From positions 48,082 to 112,081 of the forward strand of contig CACONQ010000004.1 in assembly GCA_902628635.1 (NCBI GenBank): a stretch of DNA of 64,000 nucleotides, read 5' to 3'. The notes beneath the pieces are model-generated. The model was not told the DNA's origin. It worked only from the letters and a program-made list of their open reading frames with translations, and made no database searches. Origin of the DNA: an uncultured Pelagibacteraceae bacterium (GTDB taxonomy: Bacteria > Pseudomonadota > Alphaproteobacteria > Pelagibacterales > Pelagibacteraceae). Within the stretch, counting starts at the first letter, position 1. Each line of letters starts with the position of its first letter. A program made the position numbers and the translations under genes. Below are positions 57,818 to 64,000 of this stretch, piece by piece.

Positions 57818-59509
57818 TTATTTGTCACTTACGTAAACAGAAACACCCCGAGCATTTATATCTACATCAAATTTTTTATGCAAAGGAGGAAAGGCTCTTT
57901 GAGAACAATCTAATCTATCACATGTTCTGCATGAAACTCCAATTGGAATCTCCGTTTTTTTATCCTCTAAACTTAAATTTTCAGTATAAACAAATTCTTT
58001 CGCGTATTTTGCTTCACAACCCAATCCAATAGAAAGGATACTTTTTGATTGACCAAATCTCCCAACACCTTTTTCTACTGTTCTCGCTATACAAACATAT
58101 TTTTCACCATTTGTCATTTTGCTTACAGCAGCTTGTATCACACCTGGTCTTGTAAAAGCTGAATAAACATTCCATCTTGGACATGCGCCACCGTATCGAG
58201 GAATTTCAATCCCAGATAATGAAAATCTTTTTGATATATTACCTGCTATATCAACTCTCAACATATGGAAAGGTATACCAGGTAATTTTGGATCTTGTAA
58301 ACATGTGACTCTATGTGCAACCTGCTCAAATGAAGTTGCAAAAGTATTTTGGAGCAATTCTAAATCGTACTTTAGTTTTTTACACTCAGAATGAAATAAT
58401 CTGTAAGGCATTAATATTGCAGCACCACAATAGTTTAATAATGCAATTTGTGTAAGACTTTTTGATTCATCAGAAGGAAATTTAAATTCAGATAAGTAAT
58501 CATTAATAATATCTGTTGCACCTTCCTGAGCTATCTGAGCTGCAGCATGTAATTTTTTTGTTTCTAAAGAGTTATAATCACTCAAAAGCAACTCTTTTTT
58601 TTCTTTATTAAAAATTTTTGAAAATGGTTTGCCGTCTTCAGGTATAACATCTTTGACTAATATTGAATATTCTGACTTAAGGAACTCACAAAGAGCGATG
58701 TACCTAGTACGATTATTTTTTTGAACCTTTTCGAAAATCTTGTTTGCAAAATCTTCGAGTTTTGGAAAATAATTTTTTTTTTCTTGTAAAAAATCAGATA
58801 TAACTTCTCCAGGAAATGAGGCTTTTCTACTATCAATTATTTTTCCGGATAAACTTTCAACTTTATTTATCATTTCATGATCTTTTTGTTTAAAATTATC
58901 TCCTAACTTAATTAAAGCTTTTGCTATTTTTGGATTTGTGTTAACTAGGTCTTTTACTTCCGGTCCCAAAATATCTAAATCATCGAATAATTGATCATCC
59001 AATAATTCTGATATATTATTTTCTAAATTTATTTCTGCTTTACTCGTTAAATCTGATACTTCAACTCTTAATTCTTTACTAATTTTTATAAGTAAATCCC
59101 CATCAATATTTCTTTTTCCACTTTCAATTAGATTTAAATAACTAGGTGATATATTAATTTGTTCAGCAAATTTATTAGCCTGAAGGCCTAATTGTCTTCT
59201 GAAGGCTTTTATCTTTGGACCAATTTTTAAATCTAATTTTTTTATATCTTTATCTTTTGAAAATTTACTAATAGCTATTTTTGAATTTTTTAAATCTATA
59301 TTAGTTTCACTTTGAAGATCAGCTAATTCAATTCTCAACTCCTGACAAATTCTCAAAAGAAGGTCAGCATCAATATTCCTTTTTCCTCCTTCAATTAAGT
59401 TGAGATAGCTGGGAGATATATTTAATTGCTCAGCAAGTTTATTTGCCTGAAGGCCCAGCTTTTGTCTAAAAGCTTTGATTTTTGGTCCTAATTTATTGTT
59501 TATTTCCAT
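57818..59509 (-). CDS. Short-chain fatty acyl-CoA regulator (RamB/PrpR/ScfR family) with duplicated XRE HTH
   Basis: Two ISPSYLNLIE HTH copies, SFEQVAHR, RVDIAGNISKRFS, GGACPRWNV, IGVSCRTCDRLDCSQRAFPP; divergent from aceA. Confidence 0.9.
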   Translation of the reverse strand: MEINNKLGPKIKAFRQKLGLQANKLAEQLNISPSYLNLIEGGKRNIDADLLLRICQELRIELADLQSETNIDLKNSKIAISKFSKDKDIKKLDLKIGPKIKAFRRQLGLQANKFAEQINISPSYLNLIESGKRNIDGDLLIKISKELRVEVSDLTSKAEINLENNISELLDDQLFDDLDILGPEVKDLVNTNPKIAKALIKLGDNFKQKDHEMINKVESLSGKIIDSRKASFPGEVISDFLQEKKNYFPKLEDFANKIFEKVQKNNRTRYIALCEFLKSEYSILVKDVIPEDGKPFSKIFNKEKKELLLSDYNSLETKKLHAAAQIAQEGATDIINDYLSEFKFPSDESKSLTQIALLNYCGAAILMPYRLFHSECKKLKYDLELLQNTFATSFEQVAHRVTCLQDPKLPGIPFHMLRVDIAGNISKRFSLSGIEIPRYGGACPRWNVYSAFTRPGVIQAAVSKMTNGEKYVCIARTVEKGVGRFGQSKSILSIGLGCEAKYAKEFVYTENLSLEDKKTEIPIGVSCRTCDRLDCSQRAFPPLHKKFDVDINARGVSVYVSDK

Positions 59510-59510
59510 A

Positions 59511-59603
59511 TTTTGTAAATTTTGTAAATTTTAATTTACAAAAAATTAACGATATTTACAAGTAAAATAGCACTTTTTAGTAGATATTGTAAATTTTGTA
59601 AAA
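59511..59603. promoter_or_regulatory. Array of TTGTAAA/TTTACAA half-sites, probable RamB-family operators
   Basis: Six copies at 59513, 59522, 59535(inv), 59555(inv), 59587 and 59596 between the regulator and aceA. Confidence 0.7.
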
Positions 59604-59615
59604 TATAACATAAGC

Positions 59616-59783
59616 ATGATCGACAAAAACAAGATCAAAAACCAAGATAATAAGGCTCAAAACTACAATAATGAGCCTCAGAATCACGAAAATAGATCAG
59701 GAATTTATTTAAGAGATGATCATTGTGATTGGGGTTCAAGCGGTATGAATGAATTTACCAACGAATTTGGTAAAGATAATTAA
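59616..59783 (+). CDS. Putative 55-aa ORF upstream of aceA, not in ORF track
   Basis: MIDKNKIKNQDNKAQNYNNEPQNHENRSGIYLRDDHCDWGSSGMNEFTNEFGKDN; open through AT-rich DNA, no clear RBS. Confidence 0.45.
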   Translation: MIDKNKIKNQDNKAQNYNNEPQNHENRSGIYLRDDHCDWGSSGMNEFTNEFGKDN

Positions 59784-59824
59784 TACCTCTAAGTCTTATA
59801 AATCTTACAAAATAGGAATTTAAT

Positions 59825-61102
59825 ATGAGCTCGGAAACTAAAGTTTCTTATGAATTAAAAAGATTTGCTGGAATTAAAAGAGATTACACACCAGAGGAAG
59901 TGGAGAGATTAAGGGGCTCAATAAAAATTGAATATTCGATGTGCAAACATCAATCTCAAAAGCTTTGGAGATTATTAAACACAGAACCATATGTTAATAC
60001 ATTAGGTTCTTTATCAGGAAATCATGCAGTACAACATGCAAAAGCAGGTTTAAAAGCAATCTATTTAAGTGGATGGCAGGTAGCTGCTGACGCAAACAGT
60101 GCAGGAGAAATGTATCCTGATCAATCGTTATACCCATACGATAGTGCTCCTAAATTAGTTGAGTCTATGAATAATGCTTTAACAAGAGCAGATCAGATAC
60201 AACACATGGAAATAAAAGATGGAGATATGAAATCAAAAGATAGAGTAGATTACATGCTACCAATTATTGCTGATGGCGAGGCAGGCTTTGGTGGACCTTT
60301 AAACGTTTTTGAACTAGCCAAAAAATTTATTCGGGCTGGAGCTGCAGGAGTACATTTTGAAGACCAGTTAGCAAGTGAAAAAAAATGTGGTCACATGGGT
60401 GGTAAAGTTTTAGTTCCTACAGGCACGATGATTAAGAATTTAAAGGCCGCAAGACTTGCTGCAGATATTGCAGATGTTCCATTAATAATTTTAGCTAGAA
60501 CAGATGCTAATGCTGCAAAACTAATTACAAACGACCATGATGAAAATGATAAACCTTTTTTAACAGGAGAAAGATCTCCCGAAGGTTTTTATTACGTAAA
60601 ACATGGAATTGAACAAGCAATATCCCGAGGATTAGCATATGCGCCTTACTCAGATTTAATATGGTGTGAAACAGCAACGCCTAATTTGGAGGAGGCTAAA
60701 AAATTTGCTGAAGCAATACATTCAAAATATCCTGGAAAATTATTAGCTTATAATTGCTCTCCGTCTTTTAATTGGAAAAAACATTTATCAGATGCAGAAA
60801 TATCTACATTCCAACAAAAAATAAGTGAAATGGGATATAAGTTTCAATTTATAACTCTAGCAGGATTTCATACTCAGAATATTGCAATATTTGAATTAGC
60901 TGAAAAATATAAAAAAGAAGGTATGACAGCATATTCAAGAATTCAACAGCAAGAATTCGCAAGAGAAAAAGATGGTTATACTAGTGTAAAACATCAGCGT
61001 GAAGTTGGAACATCATACTTCGATGCAGTTTCGAATACTATTAGTGGTGGGCAAAGCTCAACCACCGCTATGGAAGGCTCAACAGAGTCAGAACAGTTTT
61101 AA
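59825..61102 (+). CDS. aceA: Isocitrate lyase
   Basis: [49 protein letters not shown]. Confidence 0.98.
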   Translation: MSSETKVSYELKRFAGIKRDYTPEEVERLRGSIKIEYSMCKHQSQKLWRLLNTEPYVNTLGSLSGNHAVQHAKAGLKAIYLSGWQVAADANSAGEMYPDQSLYPYDSAPKLVESMNNALTRADQIQHMEIKDGDMKSKDRVDYMLPIIADGEAGFGGPLNVFELAKKFIRAGAAGVHFEDQLASEKKCGHMGGKVLVPTGTMIKNLKAARLAADIADVPLIILARTDANAAKLITNDHDENDKPFLTGERSPEGFYYVKHGIEQAISRGLAYAPYSDLIWCETATPNLEEAKKFAEAIHSKYPGKLLAYNCSPSFNWKKHLSDAEISTFQQKISEMGYKFQFITLAGFHTQNIAIFELAEKYKKEGMTAYSRIQQQEFAREKDGYTSVKHQREVGTSYFDAVSNTISGGQSSTTAMEGSTESEQF

Positions 61103-61128
61103 TCCCTAAATAATATATAAGTTAGATT

Positions 61129-61156
61129 ATAACCCCTAGTTTTTACCTAGGGTTAT
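61129..61156 (+). terminator. Probable aceA terminator hairpin
   Basis: ATAACCCCTAG-TTTTTAC-CTAGGGTTAT with one bulged C. Confidence 0.5.
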
Positions 61157-61175
61157 CATTTAATTATGTTATAAT

Positions 61176-61246
61176 TAATTAAGGGGTGTCTTAATTGACT
61201 GAGAATATACCCTTTGAACCTGTCCGGTAATTCAGAAAGGGAATTT
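61176..61246 (+). ncRNA. TPP-family riboswitch (variant), translational
   Basis: AGGGGUG...CUGAGAA-UAUACCC-UUUGAACCU...UAAU...AGGGAA core; the aptamer 3' end is the RBS of the downstream gene. Confidence 0.88.
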
Positions 61247-62683
61247 ATGGAAAAAACTTATTTTTTAAATCAATCAACAGCACTAATTATTGTTATTACA
61301 ATTTGTTTTATTTTCGCAATTTTTGGCATAAACTATTCTAAAAGATTTAAAGGTATTAACAATTATTTAACAGCAAATAGAAATATCGGTTTTTTTTCAT
61401 TAAGCACAAGCCTTACCGCTTCTGCACTTGGTGCATGGATTTTATTTGGACCAGCTTCTGCAGCAACGTGGGGTGGAATTGGTGCTGCAATTGGATATGC
61501 TCTAGGAACAGCGTTTCCGATGATTTTTTTTATAATGCTTGGAAAAAAAATTAGAAAAGAATTTCCAAAGGGATCATCACTTATAGAGTTTTTAAGAAAA
61601 AAATTTAGCAAAAATCTATTTAAATTAATTTTACTGATGACTGTGTTTTATCTATTTATTTTTTTATGTGCTGAAATAACAGCCGTGAGTATTTTAATAA
61701 ATTATATCTCAGGAACACAGTTGTGGCTCACAGCGATTATAGTTCTGTTAGGAACTTTGACCTATACTCTTTATGGTGGTTTAAGAGCTTCAATATTTAC
61801 TGACAATATTCAAATGATTGTAACTACTATTTTGTTATTAACCTCAGGAATTTATTTATGGTCATATACTGGAAGTGAATTTTCATTTTCATTTATAAAT
61901 AAAAAAAATCCACATTTGCTAAGTTTTGAACATGTACCAAATTACACAGCTGGTATAACTTTTTTTGTTGCAGTTGCTGCAACAAATCTTTTCCACCAAG
62001 GAAATTGGCAAAGAGTTTATGCAGCAAAAAATAATAATATTTTAGTTAAAAGTTTATTGATTTCATTTTTTGTTATTATTCCAATAGTTTTTTTTATGGG
62101 TTTTTGTGGCCTAGTTGCTATATCAGTTGATCCTAATGTGATACCTGATTTAGGATTTTTCTCATTACTCTTTAAAGATCAGACCGAATTTTTATCATTA
62201 ATAATTATAATATTAGGTTTATCTTTAACCATAAGCACTGTTGATACACTTGTTAATGCTGTATCAAGTTTAGTGGTTGTTGATGGAAAGGCTACATTCA
62301 ATATTAAATCTAAAGCAGATTTTTTAAAATTATCTAAATATTTTATAATTATATTATCGATAATTGCTTTTTTTATAGCATCAAAAGGATATAGTGTTTT
62401 GTATTTATTTTTATTAGCAGATCTTTTTTGTTGTGCGTTTGTGTTAACTGTTTTCTATAGCTTTTATAATAAGAAAATGAGCGAAAAAACTGCATTTACA
62501 TCTATCTTAATAGGGTTGATAGGAGGATTTCTTCTATTTCCTGCGCCTGATTTTTCTAAAAGTTTGTTAGTAGGTATTATTTTACCTATAGAATTTTTCC
62601 CAATTTTTGTGACACAATCATTATTATTTTTATCATTTGTAGTTGCTACAACTCTACCAGTGCTAATTTGGAAGTTGAGATAA
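61247..62683 (+). CDS. thiV: Sodium:solute symporter, ThiV-like (thiamine-precursor uptake)
   Basis: SSS-family motifs (YTLYGGLRASIFTD, WQRVYAA, STVDT), about 13 TM; directly under a TPP riboswitch; ATG 61247. Confidence 0.85.
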   Translation: MEKTYFLNQSTALIIVITICFIFAIFGINYSKRFKGINNYLTANRNIGFFSLSTSLTASALGAWILFGPASAATWGGIGAAIGYALGTAFPMIFFIMLGKKIRKEFPKGSSLIEFLRKKFSKNLFKLILLMTVFYLFIFLCAEITAVSILINYISGTQLWLTAIIVLLGTLTYTLYGGLRASIFTDNIQMIVTTILLLTSGIYLWSYTGSEFSFSFINKKNPHLLSFEHVPNYTAGITFFVAVAATNLFHQGNWQRVYAAKNNNILVKSLLISFFVIIPIVFFMGFCGLVAISVDPNVIPDLGFFSLLFKDQTEFLSLIIIILGLSLTISTVDTLVNAVSSLVVVDGKATFNIKSKADFLKLSKYFIIILSIIAFFIASKGYSVLYLFLLADLFCCAFVLTVFYSFYNKKMSEKTAFTSILIGLIGGFLLFPAPDFSKSLLVGIILPIEFFPIFVTQSLLFLSFVVATTLPVLIWKLR

Positions 62684-62708
62684 TTGTTTTAATATATAAT
62701 ATATTGGT

Positions 62709-63818
62709 ATGTTAAATTTTATAATACCTTTCATGGTTCTAATCTTAGTAGTTGTATTTATCCATGAGTATGGACACTATTATTTTGCGAAAAAATTCGG
62801 TGTTGGTGTAACAGATTTTTCTATTGGTTTTGGCAAGGAATTATTCGGCTGGAATGATAAATCTGGCACAAGGTGGAAAATTTGCTGGATTCCTTTAGGA
62901 GGCTATGTAAAATTTTTTGGTGATAGAAACGTATTTTCTCAGGCTGATCACGATGAAATACTTAAAAAATATAACGAAAAGGAAAGAGAGAAACTTTTTA
63001 CCTTAAAACCTCTATATCAACGAGCTATCATTGTCGCAGCAGGCCCAATAGCTAATTTTATATTAGCAGCTATTATATTTTTATTTATTTACATGTTTGT
63101 AGGCAAAGATTTTACACCTGCAGTTATTAATGAAGTTCAAATAGAAAGTCCTGCTGAAAAAGCTGGTTTAAAAAAAAATGATATAATCTTAGAAATTGAC
63201 GGCACGAAGGTTGAAAGTGTTCTTGATGTTTCAAAATTAATAACAATGTCTACATCTGAGTTTATTGATTTTAAAGTTTCGAGATATGAAAAAGATCTAT
63301 TCTTAAAAATAAAACCCAATATTATTGCTACTGAAGACAGTTTAGGAAACAAAGTTAATAAAAGAGTTGTTGGTATTGTGATAGGTGCCTTTAATGACAA
63401 AGTAAATCATGTAAAACTTGGACCTTTAAAAGCTTTATATTATTCAGTTAACGAAGTTTATTTTGTTACTTCCTCGACGCTTAGTTATTTGGGCTCAATG
63501 ATTTTCGGTGATGCTGATACATCCCAACTTGGTGGCCCAATTAGAATTGCTAAAATTTCAGGGCAGGTGGCACAATTTGGAATTATACCTTTTTTAAGCA
63601 TGATGGCGTATATATCAATAAGTTTAGGTTTGATTAATCTTTTCCCAATACCTTTATTAGACGGTGGACATTTAATGTTTTATGGTTTTGAAAAAATTTT
63701 AGGAAGACCTCTAAGCCAAAAAACGCAAGAAGGTTTTTTTCGAATCGGGATGTTTTTAGTTTTATCTTTAATGTTTTTTGCAACCTATAATGACCTCAAA
63801 GATTTAGGTCTATTTTAA
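62709..63818 (+). CDS. rseP: RIP metalloprotease RseP
   Basis: HEYGH, FSIGFG, PLGGYVK, AGPIAN, PDZ domain, NLFPIPLLDGG. Confidence 0.96.
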   Translation: MLNFIIPFMVLILVVVFIHEYGHYYFAKKFGVGVTDFSIGFGKELFGWNDKSGTRWKICWIPLGGYVKFFGDRNVFSQADHDEILKKYNEKEREKLFTLKPLYQRAIIVAAGPIANFILAAIIFLFIYMFVGKDFTPAVINEVQIESPAEKAGLKKNDIILEIDGTKVESVLDVSKLITMSTSEFIDFKVSRYEKDLFLKIKPNIIATEDSLGNKVNKRVVGIVIGAFNDKVNHVKLGPLKALYYSVNEVYFVTSSTLSYLGSMIFGDADTSQLGGPIRIAKISGQVAQFGIIPFLSMMAYISISLGLINLFPIPLLDGGHLMFYGFEKILGRPLSQKTQEGFFRIGMFLVLSLMFFATYNDLKDLGLF

Positions 63819-63865
63819 AGGATTTTTTAAACATCATAAAAGCAAGTAAAATCAACACTTTTTAA

Positions 63866-63881
63866 ACACAATATATTGTGT
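63866..63881. promoter_or_regulatory. Perfect 16-bp palindrome resembling an NrdR box
   Basis: ACACAATATATTGTGT fits consensus acaCwAtATaTwGtgt. Confidence 0.5.
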
Positions 63882-63966
63882 GAAAAAACAATTAAACCAC
63901 TAAAAAAAAGCTTGAAAAATAGGGTATTTTGTTAAGTATGTAAATAACCTTTAAACCGGAGCTAAA

Positions 63967-64000
63967 ATGAACAAAAAACAACTAGTAGCAAAGCTTTCTG
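63967..64000 (+). CDS. Probable HU-family DNA-binding protein, 5' end only
   Basis: RBS GGAG then MNKKQLVAKLS, matching the MNKxxL HU N-terminus; only 11 codons visible. Confidence 0.55.
   Translation, partial: MNKKQLVAKLS

Noticed and set aside
59511-59603. CRISPR-like or satellite repeat
   Set aside because: Only 7-9-bp motifs with irregular spacing and no cas genes; better explained as regulator operators.

Overview
AT-rich (roughly 30% GC), very densely packed alphaproteobacterial DNA whose gene content, tiny intergenic spaces and protein sequences point to a SAR11/Pelagibacterales chromosome (inference). The window is mostly a methylated-amine/osmolyte and C1-oxidation supercluster: fhs, a SoxBDAG/MgdABCD-type heterotetramer, a MetF-like plus GcvT-like methyltransferase pair, a betaine-type ABC transporter split in two, BhmT, two dimethylglycine-dehydrogenase-like flavoproteins and EtfBA/ETF-QO. 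An accessory block of about 25 kb (18.9-43.9 kb) carries an atypical ureohydrolase, an orphan Rieske oxygenase, a DddP-like M24 protein, a kinase/nucleotidyltransferase pair flanking two beta-propeller autotransporters, three Fe/2OG oxygenases, an aldolase and dehydrogenases. The right end holds hisI, folE, acuI, an LsrB/VtlR-type LysR, a Fur-boxed Fe(III) ABC transporter, a RamB-family regulator with a duplicated HTH facing aceA, a TPP-riboswitch-controlled thiV-like symporter, rseP and the start of a probable HU gene. The most striking items not in the ORF track are: (i) a CxxCxxxC micro-protein plus a predicted pseudoknot that covers the ribosome-binding site inside the iron-uptake operon; (ii) a TPP riboswitch whose pyrophosphate-sensing half is degenerate; (iii) several further unannotated small ORFs. 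No tRNA, rRNA, CRISPR array, integrase or IS element was recognised.
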